DNA of 64,000 nt from Paramecium tetraurelia (Eukaryota): NCBI GenBank assembly GCA_000165425.1, contig CT868077.1, positions 1-64,000 of the forward strand, given 5' to 3'. Below are positions 40,742 to 53,911 of this stretch, one piece after another. Positions within the stretch are counted from its first letter, which is position 1. Each line of letters opens with the position of its first letter. Position numbers and translations under genes: made by a program. Below the pieces are notes generated by a model, which was given only the letters and a program-made list of their open reading frames with translations, did not search any database and was not told the DNA's origin.

Positions 40742-43461
40742 ATGCAAGAATTTGTCGAATTAATTTAGGCAGCATTTTTCGCAAAAGAAAATAATTAACG
40801 TAGTTAAGCAGAGTAGTAGCTTGTGAATTTGAAGCATTAATTACCAAATGAGTTTTTTTAGAAGTGCAGCAATGCATTTATATCTCCTTAATTGGATTCT
40901 CAGACCAGAGTAGCAGCAGGAACATTACTATAGAGATGTATAACTTATGAGTAAGGATGGTTAACAATTGGATTGGATGTGAAGAGAAAAATCAAAGATG
41001 AGTTGCTTTCTCAACTAATTTCTAGTGATTAAAATATAAAAAAGTCAGCTGCAAGCGTAATTATTCAATAATAACAACATAGTGCTTATCAGGAATATGT
41101 GCAATAGAATTACCAAGATAGGAGTGGCCTGAAATCATCAGCATTTTAGTATAGAATACTAGACATGATTCAATAGAAGTAAAAAAAGCGGCAACTATAA
41201 CTCTTGGTTATATTTGTGAGGCCTTGAAAAACCAGAAGTAATCGATAGAGAAGACTGAGAGCGAAAAAGTGCTGTATGGAATATGCATGGGATTGCAAGG
41301 AGAGAAGGAAATCAAGTTGATATCAATCAGAGCTTTGAAGGACAGCTTGTAATTTATGGATCAAGTATTGGCACAATAATAGGTCAGAGATCATGTGACT
41401 AAGTTGTTGGTTGAATAGTTGATATCTCAAGATGCTGAAATAAGATTAGCAGCATTAGAATGCTTGATTGACTACACCAAAGCAATATTCGATTATTTAG
41501 GTAAGAATTTTAAAATATAAAATTTAGAATAATATATTTTGGTTTTATGGAATTGCACTCAAGAGAGCATTCAACATTAGGATTTCGCAGTTGTTACTAT
41601 GGAAATATGGTAGAGTGTTGCATCTGAAATAAATGAGAGATCAGCTGTAAGTAATAGGACTAATTTGGGATTCAGGAAAACCTAAAAGGAAGCATTGCAA
41701 ATAATATCATAATAATTGATCGTGGCAGTTCTTAAGAACTTGCTTGTCTCTGATGAGGATGAGGAGGATGATGAAGAGTAAGGAATTTAAGAGGCAGCAT
41801 ATAAGGCAGCATCTTCAATCAGTGAGGCTTTGGGAAGTCTAAGTTATCAACTGTACTTGAGATTTATTGAGAGTAATTGAATTATCCAATGTATTTTAGA
41901 TACACTTCAAGCACAAGAATGGCAGAATAGAAAGGCTTCGTTATTAACATTTTCTTCAATGGTTGAGACAGCTGATGTTTCAGAATTATTCTAATATTCT
42001 ACTTCTGCAATTGGTGAATTTATCAAGAAATTGGCTGATCCTCACAAATAGGTGAGATATGCTGCTGGTAGAGTGATCACAAGAATTGCTGAAAATTACC
42101 CATAAGTTATTTTGAAGCATCAATATGCTGATGATTACATTAATTAATTTTCATAATTTTTGTAAGGAAATAATAAATTGACAAAATATTTGTTATGGAC
42201 TCTTGTTAACCTCACAGAAGCATTCAGAGATGACCCCGTAAATTAATTTGGCAAATACTATGAATTTCTCATTTCCTAATTTGCAACAGTGATTGGGAGA
42301 TAAGATTTTTCGGATGGAACTCTATTAGACATAGCTTGGGTAGGCATCATAAATTGTTTACAATGTGTAAAAGAGCCTTAAAAGATCAAGACATATTTAG
42401 AAGCTTTTGGTCAATAAATGCTTACTGTCTATTCATAAATGAGATGGTAAAAGGAAGCCAATATTTCTGGATTACTATCAGCAATTCACATTTGTTTCTT
42501 AAGATTAGTAGTGTTGGGTGATCAATGTGATATCCAATTGATGAATAACTTTTACCAACTTATAGTTGACTACTTTAAAAAGATCTAAACTGTCACTTAA
42601 GATGGTTTCTATGCCATCAGTGCTATTGCTCAATGTAATTAGATATAAAATATTACATAGATAGCAAGATTAATTTTAAATAACTTTTAGATGATTTTAT
42701 GCAAAATTACTTGGAAATTGGTTTGTAAAAGAAATTAGAGATTGAGACATTCAAAGGAGCCATTTTGTGTTTGGCTGACATTGCTAGATCCCTTCAATTT
42801 AAAGAGTTCAGCAAATACTTACGCATTCTAGAGTATCTAATTGCTTGTGTTAATGTACTTGATTGTATATTATTCCTTAGGACTAATAAGTGAACAGAGT
42901 GGCCAAGATTGCTTTGTTCGTTTGCATAGCTGACATAGTTCTGATAGCAGAACAAGAGGCTGAACCCTACTTTTAGGCTATTTGGCAATTAGTAAAGAGT
43001 GGATTCAGTGCTTCGATCTACTTCACGTAGAATAAGGACATGACACAATTGGAATATTATGAAAATCTTAATGATGCACTCTTGAATTGTTATTTATGCA
43101 TGTTACATGCATTCAACTTGAATAAAGTACCCTACATACCACTCTATCAAACCATACAAGAATTGTGCATGTTCATTTAAGCTACATCTGACAAGTCATT
43201 GACACCCACAGTGGTATTGATTATTGTTAGCAACCATAGGAATACATTCGTCTTTGTGTGACTTGTCTACTGGATTGTGTGTCCTATTATAAGCAAGTAA
43301 AGGGATAAGAGAATATGTCCTAAAAAATACTCACCAGTCCTCTTCTCATCAGCCTATTGGATATGTTAAAACAATATTCAAACTAATAAGAAAATCAATA
43401 ATTAATTATGTATGCTAATGATTTGTGCAAATCATTCCAATTGCCTTAATATTTGAATTGA
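40742..43461 (+). CDS. Importin beta (karyopherin beta-1 family)
   Basis: IBN_N-like RSQAEQQL...TRVAAGTLL, ICAIELPRQEWPEII, TLGYICE, acidic loop DEDEEDDEE, and HEAT repeats (WQNRKASLLTF). Confidence 0.9.
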
Positions 43462-43605
43462 GATCATCATTATATATTATTATCTTTAATTGAGATGTGT
43501 TGTATTCGTGCTGACAAAGTAGAATGCTCTATTAATCTATAATATAATTTATATGCTCATTAGTATTCATTGGTAATTTTTAAATATTTTTCAAAAAAAT
43601 ACATA

Positions 43606-44778
43606 ATGAAAGGAGGTAAATAATAAAAGAACAAATCAATCTGGGATCAAGTCAAAAACGAAGAAAAGGACTTCTATTTCAACTTTTTGGCTAAAAAATA
43701 AAGGAATCTCTAGAAGAAACTCAAAGACATTGCTGACCTTGAAGAATTACAAAAAACCAAAGAATTGAAGCAAGAATAGATCTAGAAGATTCAAGGCAAA
43801 GAAGAAAACAACGAAAGACTCAAAGAATTAGAAGGTACTCTCTCGAATTGGCTCAACGCCAAGAAAGAAGCCGAACAATAAGGATCTATAATCACCATTG
43901 AAGCATACATAATAATCCTTCAACATCTCGCCCAAGATCCCCAATTAGTCGCTCTTTTAACCTAAGACCATGAATCAACCCACGAACTAGCTAAAAAGTT
44001 GTAATCTAAAATAGTTGGATAATCAGCCAAAACAGATCAACCATGGAAAGGATTGAAAGTATTTTAATTATAACTATCTGTAGTTTGAAATCCATACATA
44101 GGAATTAGAACATGAACATAAACAAACCTAATAAATACATGAAACAGAACACATTCAACAATAATAAGTTCAACAAGTAATCTAACCTTAAGAATAACAT
44201 GTCTAATCAAAATAAACACCATCAGAGGAAGTATAAGTTCAATCAAAACCAATTGAACAACCTGAAGTCCAAGAAACTGAAGAAAAATAATAATTCAGTG
44301 AATAACAACCATAGAATGAACAAATCTAAGATGACTATTCAAATGAAGCCCAATAATCCAACCAAGATGAATAATCTTAAACTAGAGAAGGTTAAAGACA
44401 TCATTAACATCACGATGACAGAAGAAATTACAAGAAGAATTATAATAATAATAATAATTATGATAGAAGAAACAATTATGACAGACCATACAGAGGAAAC
44501 AAATAACATTATCACAACAGAGACAGAAATTATCAATAAGAACAAATTTGGGAAGAAAAAGCAGACAGACAACCTCCTTAAAATTAAGAAGAGTAATAAC
44601 AAGAAGAAGATGATTACATAACTGTTAGAAGCAAGTATCATTTACTATTATTCCATTTAGAAAACCATAAAAACCATAGAGAGGAGGATAGAGAAATTAT
44701 GACAACAGAAACAATAACAGAAATTATGACAACAACCCATAAAGAAGATAGAAAAACAATGAGGAAGTTGATTAATGA
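43606..44778 (+). CDS. Caprin/PYM-like coiled-coil motif protein with a Q/E-rich middle and R/N/Y/D-rich tail; putative RNA-binding protein
   Basis: KKQRNLQKKLKDIADLEELQKTKELKQEQIQKI; tail with RPYRGN, KPQRGGQRNYDNRNNNRNYDN; TGA at 44776-44778. Confidence 0.65.
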
Positions 44779-44810
44779 GAGTATTTTAAAATATATATAT
44801 ATTATATCTA

Positions 44811-46310
44811 TCATATTGATATTTACAGTTATTCCATTAATTATTATCTTTCTCTAAGAATCTATTCAACCAAGTTTTAGTATTTTAGACAAATTTAATT
44901 TTTTAATACTCCTATTTCTTTTGAATAAACAGTTAAATTTTCATTTATCTTATTAAAACTATTGGAATCTTAATTTTATAATGAAGTTTAAAGAGTCATT
45001 GATACCTCACTCACGTGTTTGTAATCTGGAAATTGCAATTTTGCTCCTGATTAATTATAAATATGCTAAAGTAATTTATTCGACAAAATAATAAAATCCT
45101 ATAAATATTTAATTAATTCTCTTAAATTTTAACACAGAGTATTAATTTAGTCAGCTTCAGATTTTTATTATATTATTTGTATTTGCTATTTTAGTGAATC
45201 AATAATATCATCCTAGTTTTCTTTTTCTTATTAAAGCAATTAAAACTACTCATATAGACCATCATAAGAATTTTATTATTCTTCAATTTTCTTAATTTAT
45301 TAACTTTATACTTCCTATAATTCTTCTATTTTCTTAAGTTATTAACTTTATAGTTCCTCTTATTCTTAAAATTGTCTTTATTGAAAACTTATATCCTATT
45401 CATATTATTGGTTTTATTAAATTATTTCTTGTATTTTCTGAATTACTAAAGATACTTATTCAACTTTGGGTTGGTCATTAAAATTTTTAATATCAAAGGT
45501 AATGTTTGAAGCCAGATCATCAAAGTTTTGATAATATTCCTGTAAAGTGAAATTCAACTAAGCATTGGTTTCTTAGAGGTTTTAGATGGTATTTTAATGC
45601 ATCTCTCTTAACCTATAATAATGGACAATTAATTCCATGCTTTAATCATACTCTTGAAATTTAGTGTTTTCAATGTTTTCTATGTCCTACTTGATAATAT
45701 CCAAGAGCAACGAGTATTCCTCACTTTATTTTTGAAATATATTGGTATCAAATGGTTTTTCAATTAAATTCGAAGTCTCATTTTTTTTTGTTGGTTTTAA
45801 ATTAAAATGAGTAATTGATGGAGGAGCCTCGGATCTGGTTCTCTTATGTTTACCCCCACTACTAAAAGGCATTTATTGGTTTTAGAATTCAACAATCTAG
45901 TCTGATGCATCAATTACAAATTATTGATATTTATCCTATAATTCTTGAAGATTTGATTTTAAATCACTGAAGGTTTCATGAAAAGACTAATTATTAAGAT
46001 CCAATTCTAGTTTTGCAAGGGTGTCTTTAATTTGTTGGAAGTAACAAAAATCTTATTTGACACTTTAATTGTTCAAACTAAAACTTGGTTCATTGTTTTT
46101 ATATTGTTAATCTGCATAATTGATGATTGATATGTATTCTGCTTTGATAGTATTTATTTCTTATGGCTTTTGTTATGATTATTAGAAGGAGGGTGAAACT
46201 TGAAATGAATCTGGATAGTGCATGTCAGCATCATCTTTCGATGGTGTTTATTATGATATCCCAGATAGTAGATTTTCATCCATATAGGTGTTGTCATTTT
46301 CAAATTCCAT
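44811..46310 (-). CDS. Hypothetical coiled-coil protein
   Basis: Open code-6 frame from MEFENDNTYMDENLLSG; 42-bp (14-aa) internal duplication near 45289/45331. Confidence 0.7.
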
Positions 46311-46453
46311 TTAAATATTTATATTTGAGCAATTTATTTAATGAAACATACTCAGTTAAAATTAATTTTGAATATTATATTAAAAATAGTGAGAGAAGGT
46401 AAATAGCTTAGAAAGAAAGACTTATTAACTAAATATATTAACCTATTAACAAA

Positions 46454-47190
46454 TCAATCCCTCTTCTTCTTGAGATACTCCTCCCTCTCCTTTTGCTCTA
46501 ATGATTTTCTATATAACTCTAACCTTACTCTTTTAGCTTCCGATTTATCCTTCTTCTCTTACTTATTCCCGTAAATGCATAAAGATGTCAAAACCACTAT
46601 AAAGGCCACAACCACATATACAGGAACCTATGTGATGTTACGAATGCAATACCATTTTCAATGAGAATATTCTTCTTAGCCATTTTTTGAAGTGATCAAT
46701 TTCCTTAGGAGTGTCATAAGGTTCTAGATGCAGATATTTCTTTTCATCAACAAATTGAGTGAAATTGCCGATGTTAGTAGATTCTATCGATTTAATAGAG
46801 ATTTTACCGTTGAAGAAATACATCCTGTTGTCGGTATCGAAAAAAACGAAGGTTGGATATTTGGTTACACCAATCCTATCACCGATAAGTTCTTGATTAT
46901 ATCTTTATTAAAGATTATTGATACGTGTCGATTGCACCAATATTTATTGTCCCATTATAGATAGTTACCATTTCTTCCCAAATCTTAACAATTCTATGAC
47001 AACCCTTACACCATGGAGCCCAAAAGAAGATAAACCATGGCTTTTCTAATCCTTCATTGCCTAAATGAGTAATAGCGTCCCAATTATTGTCATTTAGCAT
47101 AATCACAGGTGTCTATTTTGGGAATTCCAAATCTGGCATATCCTAAGAGCTACACAGAACCAATATCACAAAAAGAAGCTTAAATTTCAT
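46454..47190 (-). CDS. TMX-like membrane-anchored thioredoxin-domain protein
   Basis: Signal peptide MKFKLLFVILVLCSS, FWAPWCKGC, GVTKYPT, TM segment VPVYVVVAFIVVLTSLCIYG, and C-terminal KKKRD (dilysine motif). Confidence 0.88.
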
Positions 47191-47222
47191 TATTTTATTT
47201 TATTATTTCTAAATAATATATA

Positions 47223-47589
47223 TCATTCTCTTGTTGCAACAAAATAATTATTTGCTTATTCTTTGGCATTGTTGGTCCAAGCAATCTATCAATTATTTAT
47301 TATTATTTTCTTACTTCAGCTATTAATACAGTGCCAGCTAAAGCCAAACAGATTGGGGCAGCATAAGTGACTCTTTTGGGTGTATATACTGGAGCATAAT
47401 GCTCAATGTATGATAATCTTGGAGCCTTTGTGTAAATCAAATGGCTAACATAATATTAATGTTCATATACTCTAAATATTAAACTGATCTCCCAAGAAAT
47501 GATTTATTTGTAATGTTGGTGAATGTCAAGCCAGTAGATGTCACTGCTGAGCAAATTGATTTGTAGAGCTTGAATGAGTTTGGATTCAT
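47223..47589 (-). CDS. Small single-pass membrane protein (~104 aa)
   Basis: Two introns give MNPNSFKLYKSICSAVTSTG...YAAPICLALAGTVLIAEIAWTNNAKEQANNYFVATRE-TGA. Confidence 0.7.
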
Positions 47590-48270
47590 TATTATTTAGA
47601 TATTTTTATTAATGCCATTATTTATTCATCATATTTAATTAATAATTTATGGACTTGTTTCTTCTATTTTTGTTCTCAATTCATTCTTAAGCTCCTCTTC
47701 TTGTCTCTAAGCATATGTAAATTTAAATTTACTGGGATTCCTTGGTAATTCTCTTTTTGTTTTCTAAAAATTGTGTGTTAGTTACACTAAACTAGAATCG
47801 ACATATTAATATTATCCCTTAGTATGAACATAGTATTTGGATATTTTATAAACTATATATATTGTAAGATTTCAATAATTTCATACACTATCTAAAATTA
47901 GATTAATGTATAAAATTCAGTTCTATTTATCAATTCTTAATGTTTCTTACTAAGATATATTAAACAGTTATACTAACAAATCGTTTTTAATTAGATAAGT
48001 TGAAAATATATCAACAAATAAATTGATAGCTTTTAAGCTTGGAAATTTAATAATTGATTTTATCACAAAAAATATTATGTTCTAAAGAGGTGAATTTATA
48101 CTTAAATTAATCTAATTGTTAAGATAAACTATTTCGGTTATTAAAAATTATACTTTTTGATTTTCTGTTTATATGTACCAATAAATTATAGGTAATAATA
48201 ATAATTAATAAATTAGAATTTATCGTGATTTATTTATTATATTGATATATAATTTAATAAATATCTTTCA

Positions 48271-51200
48271 ATGTCTTTTCCATAAGGAATTCCAATGAAT
48301 GCTGTTTATAAGCAAGTAGTTATGGAGCATAAAGAAGATGATAGAGTGGAGCAACTGGAGGCACAAATTTATAACATGGAAAAAGATCATAGCATGTGGA
48401 GAAAGAAGTATTTTGAGCTTGAATCATTATACGATAAGTGTCGATATGCTGCTGAAAAAGTAAGCATTTAGTTATTAACTTTAGTCAGTCTAATTAGAAG
48501 ATAGAATCAATCTATTGAGATAGGACAATTCACAAATATCTTCCTTGCTTAGAGAAAAAGCTACAGAATGCGAAAAAATGAGAGTGAGATTGACGCAATT
48601 GGAAAATGAAAATTTTGAGTTAAATACAGTTAGATTGTAAGTAACCAAATTCAATGATCTTCTGTAATAAAAGTCCTAAGATATCGAGCTATTAAGAAAG
48701 AAAAACTCAGAAATCTATGCTAGAGTAATTGAATTAGAAGGAAATGAATTAGTTATAAGAGATTACAAGTCTTAAGTAAACAGTTTGACAAAGGATTTAG
48801 ATGTTTGGAAAAAGTTGTATGAGGATTAGTAACAGGAAAGAGTCAAGCTTCTGGAAATCATCAGATAATTTGAGTAAAACAATCCTTTAACAGGATCAAC
48901 TAAATCATCCTAATAATAGGTTAGTGAAGTTATTGAAAGAAGAGTTGTCACCACTTCAGAAACGACTAATAATACTCAATAATTATAATCATAGCTTTTA
49001 TAAAACCAAGCAACCATATCTGATCTAGAGGATAGACTAGGATTCTCAGAGAAGTAATACGATAAATTGAAGTAAGAATTAGAAGGCAGGATTAAATTGA
49101 ATAATGAACTTAAAATTAAGTAATATCATAATTTAATTATAGAATAACATAGTAAGAATGCGAATTAAAGAATATAAATTATTTGAAATTAGATAATCAA
49201 AAATTAAAGGATCAACTTGATTAAACTAAAAGAGAACTAGATTAATTTAGAAAATAATATTATGCGACTTTAAGTAAATTATAGATTGCTGAATAATAAC
49301 TCAATGAATTATACAATCTAGAAAACAGACTCTAATTACTATAATAAGAGAGAGACACCTTAAAAAAATCATTAAAATAAAAAAATGAAGACATTGGATA
49401 ATTGTAAGACAAGGTTTCTTCATTGTTATCCTAAATAGAATAATTGAGACTTAATGATTAAGCAAGAAATGCTGCTGAAAATGAGGTTATCTAACTCAAA
49501 ACTGAATTAAGCAAACTCTAAGCTAATCTTAAATAGAAAGAATAAACGATCTCAGATTTACATGGAAGATTAAATGACTTATAAAAACAATTAACTAATG
49601 CTCAATCTGATTTTAAGAGATTGTAAGCTAAGGATTACTCAGGATTATAGGATCAAGCAAAATTAGTTAATGAATTATAGTAAAAACTACTTTAATTGAG
49701 CTAAGATAATTCTAAATTCTAAAGTTAAGCATTCAATTTGGAATCTAAGAACAATACACAAGTTCAAGATATTTAAAGATTGAATTCTTTATTGTAGGTC
49801 AAAACCTAAGAGCTCTCAGATGCAAATAAGAAAATTTATGATTTAGAAAATGATAAAACAATTCCTGATCTTAAGTTTTAGAACTCCTAATTAATTGCTG
49901 AATTGAGAGAATAAGAAACTGAGAATAAAGGTTTGCAAGAGAAATTACAAATCTTGGAAAATTAAATCATTCAAGTAAATACTAAATTGACTACTGCTGA
50001 AGCTTAGGCCAATTGCAATTTGAATGAGAAGAATAAGGTTGATTAATTGTTGACTTCCTATTTGCTTCAGTTATCGTAATTAGAAAAAGAGTACTATATT
50101 AATTTAATCCTTTTAGAGTAGATCAACTCAGAGTCATAGCCCAATAAGTAGCATAGTAGAGTGCCATAAATAAATAATAAGAATAACTCGTATAAGCATT
50201 ATAGAAATAATTAAAAGACTAAACCAGCTAATTCAATGAATTGAGTAAAGAGAATGAGAAATTATATGTTGATAATTCTCAACTATCTACTCGAATTTCG
50301 TAATTAAGCGAATTGCCAAACAAAATCTAAATTTTGGATGAGGGACTTTAGAAACTTTAATAAGATTATAATAATGAATTATAAGCCAATGAGACTCTAA
50401 ATAAACAATTGAATGATGCATTAAAAGTAAAGAATGATTTAGAAAATAAAATAGCTATGTTATCAACTGAAGTTGAAAGATTTTAGTATAAATTAAATAG
50501 CAGATAAAATGAGGCTGAGTAATTAAAGAAAAAAATCGTAGAATTGGAAACATAAATTGCTTTACTGAAATAATTTGAATCAGATAATTAAGTGCTTGCT
50601 GATAAAATTTCTCATCTCGAATAACAATTAATCGATGAAGCCAATAAGAACTTAGAACATCTATTAAGAGTTAGTTAAGATGAAACAAAATAATACATTT
50701 TGGATAATAATAAACTTAAATAACAATTAGATTAAAGGGAGCAAGAAAATAAGTAAAAGGATGAATCGTATAAATAATTAGAATAAAAATATTAATAACT
50801 TCAAAGTTCGAATAAGAATTTAGAAGCTTAGAATACTCAAATTGCTGAATTATAAAATGTAATTGCTGGTTAAGAGAATGATATTCAAAAATTCTAAGAT
50901 CTCATTGAAGAATTAAGAGATAAAAACAACGATCTAGTAGCAGAGTATTATTTTATTATGATTATTTAGTTCTCAAAAATTATAAATTGAATTGACTTAA
51001 TAGTAAGTATAGATTGCAGATTTGAAAAATTAAATTGAAAAACTCAATACTCAAGTGAAGAACAATTAAAATTATGACTAATTAATAGAAGAATTGAAGA
51101 AGAAGATAGAGAAATTACAAGAGGAGAAAGTATAATTTTAATCATATTGTATCATAGTACTAATTAGAAAACAAAGTGGCCTTATTGTCAAGTGAAATAG

Positions 51201-51537
51201 AGAGAATGAGAGTTAAATATGATGCTTAAGGAAACAAATTGAATATTTCAGAGGAGTAGAAACAAGGCTTAACCAAGGAGTTGGAATAAGTACATAAGTT
51301 ATTTGAAGAATCATAGGATGTATCTATATATTTTTAAGATTAAAATAGGAAATAGATAAATTGCAGGAATAATTATCAAAACAGAAAGAATTAGAATAAA
51401 AGGAATAGGCTCTAAGTTTAACTTTGGTAAATGCTTTCAATGAAATTGATGCATTAAGATAATAATTGCAGAAGGTTTCAAATGAAGCCAATGAATAGAA
51501 GAAGGCCAACATAGTTTTGGCTACATAATAATAATGA
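48271..51537 (+). CDS. Large coiled-coil protein (~1040 aa), probably cytoskeletal
   Basis: Continuous heptad-rich frame with several tiny introns; recurring motif ENKIAMLSTEVER / ENKVALLSSEIER. Confidence 0.8.
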
Positions 51538-51569
51538 GTATTATAAAAATAAATATTAATTATTAAAAA

Positions 51570-52269
51570 ATGCTCTAAAAAGCTACAATCAGATTTTATT
51601 TATCCCAAGCAAGTAATATAGAATATAAAATTAAGGAAAAATTCCAACTATTTGGGATGTGAACCCATTTGCTTACTAAAGAATGTCTAATGCTTTAATA
51701 GGAGCTTACTCGAATAGATAATTTGGAGTTTTAATAAGAGAAAATCTTGAACAGATAACTGATCATCAAGTAGCATATGCATTTCAAAGGTATGAAGCTA
51801 GTATTAAATATTTAAATAGAATCAATGAATTGAATTTGGATGCTGATCAAGACTTCTATGAATATGTTTTACCAGCATTAAAGGAATTCGTTCCAAATTT
51901 AACAAGAGATCATTCAGTCTCATTTGCAACTATTATTGGAACTTGTGGTAAAATAAATGTAAAAGATGCCTCCCTTTGGTAATTATTTGAAAAAAAAATC
52001 GTGGCTGATCGTTTATATAGGTATTGCTGAATTAGATTTAATAAAGATATATTCCTTTGAATGACTTAGTCAGTATGACTTAACAAGTAGCATTAAGTGA
52101 TTATGGATCGGAAGGATTTTTTAGTACAATGGAAAAACAAATAGGAAGACATAGATTAGCATTGACTGAAGAATAAATTAAATTGACTCAAGAAGCCTTT
52201 GATAGAAAAAAATTAGCAGCTCCAATCATTAAGCAATTAAAATAATCAGCTTAAAAACAATTGGCTTGA
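51570..52269 (+). CDS. Hypothetical helical protein (~200 aa)
   Basis: WDVNPFAYQRMSNALIGAYSNR...DASLWQLFEKKIVADRLYRYIPLNDLV; three tiny introns. Confidence 0.65.
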
Positions 52270-52322
52270 TTTATTAGATAAAAATAAAATATTACATTTA
52301 TTAGATAAAAATAAAATATTAC
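52269..52322. repeat. Perfect 27-bp tandem duplication between convergent genes
   Basis: ATTTATTAGATAAAAATAAAATATTAC occurs at 52269-52295 and 52296-52322. Confidence 0.9.
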
Positions 52323-52339
52323 TTAATACAAATTAATGA

Positions 52340-53843
52340 TCAATATTTAAGATGAGTTTTTAGCTTTTCTTCTAACCAATTATAGAACTCTATATGTTCT
52401 TAATAAACAGGATAGAAAGGAGATTTTTCAAAAGTCTTTGCATAATTCACTATTTTTGATATCAAAATATGAGCAAACTAATGAACAATAACATTAATTG
52501 TACTTTTCTTCCAATATAAGCTAAGACACTATTAGGAACCATAGAAATTTTTGGATTCACATTTGTGCAAGCTCTAATTGAACACGAATCCTTATCAATA
52601 GGAGTAATTTCAAAAATGTAATATTTGATATACATTCTAACAAATTTAGATTTCTCTGGAATAAAAATTCCATTCTTTTCTAAGAATTCTTTATCACCAT
52701 CAACTGATCTCGATAATAGAGTGATTGTTCCATTAACTTATAATCTATCGTAACCTTCCCCTACAAAAACACATTCCCGATCTGGAATCAAAGGGAAATA
52801 CATTTCTGATGTGCAAACCTTGCAAGCTCGATTCAAGACTTTGTTAACGTAGGTTCTCTTGCAAAATGGAACCCATAAATAATTCAAATCCATTTCATTT
52901 ACTAAAGCTAACACTCTTATTGCATTTACCGGTATCTTTGTTTCCATGAGCATCGAGGCAGTGGAAGTGTTTTCTGGAAATTTATACTTGACAGAAATTC
53001 CATTACTCATACCATCAAATAACCAGCCATCTGAATCTAATTCTTTCACATTTTCAATCAGATAATTGTATTGCACAATTATTTAATCTACATATTCAGC
53101 ATGTTATTAATAAGTAAAACTAGATTAGAATTTATCTTAAGCCAACTTTGCATATACATAGGCCTTTATTTATATAGATATTTACTTAGTCAATTTTTGT
53201 TTAATCAAATTCGTATTTACTTCTATTAATCAATTCTGACAATTCATCCTATGCTATTTCATGATATATTTTTGAAGGGGGGGATTAAATTAAGGACTAT
53301 TCTTCTTTTGATTATTGTGAGTAATTATTATTATCGTAAAATTCTATCTATTAATCCTCGCAAACATTCACATTCAAATTGAGTATCTAATTCTAAGAAG
53401 GTTATTGTTATAATTGCTCAGCCTTCTATGTTATAAATTCACGACCAATTTTAGATGCTTTATAATTGATACTTAAGCTTCGAACTTCTTAAATTTAATT
53501 AGCTACATATGAAATGTCCTAATTACTTTCTTCATCAGCAATTCTAAACATAAATTCTTAAACTTCTAGATTATTCATCATGATGCCCATTAAATTCTTA
53601 ATTTGTTCTTTTTCTTCAAATGAACCATTTTTCTACTCAAACAAGCTTGTTAAAATTAAATTGATATCATTATATATATTTAGCTTCTCATTATCATTCA
53701 ATGGACTTGATATTAATTCTGAAAACTAAATTAGATTTTCTCAAAATTCTTACAATTTTTCTTAGATTTTCTAATTTTTCATCACTCTATTTGAGTTAGA
53801 CTGCCTATTGAAGCTATTCTTGAAAGGTATCAATTTTTAACAT
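52340..53843 (-). CDS. START-like (lipid-binding) domain protein
   Basis: DSDGW...GISVKYK...VLALVNEMDLNYLWVPFC...MYFPLIPDRECVFVGEG, followed by NVNPKISMVP; a START-fold pattern. Confidence 0.75.
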
Positions 53844-53911
53844 TAATATATTAATTTAATATATATGTATATATGAATAAGTTTATTATGTATGTATGCT
53901 ACTCGTAACAC

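Noticed and set aside
44199..44641. ORF-track 140-aa (+) and 100-aa hydrophobic (-) ORFs
   Set aside because: They are alternative-frame or antisense shadows of the low-complexity tail of the 43606-44778 gene.
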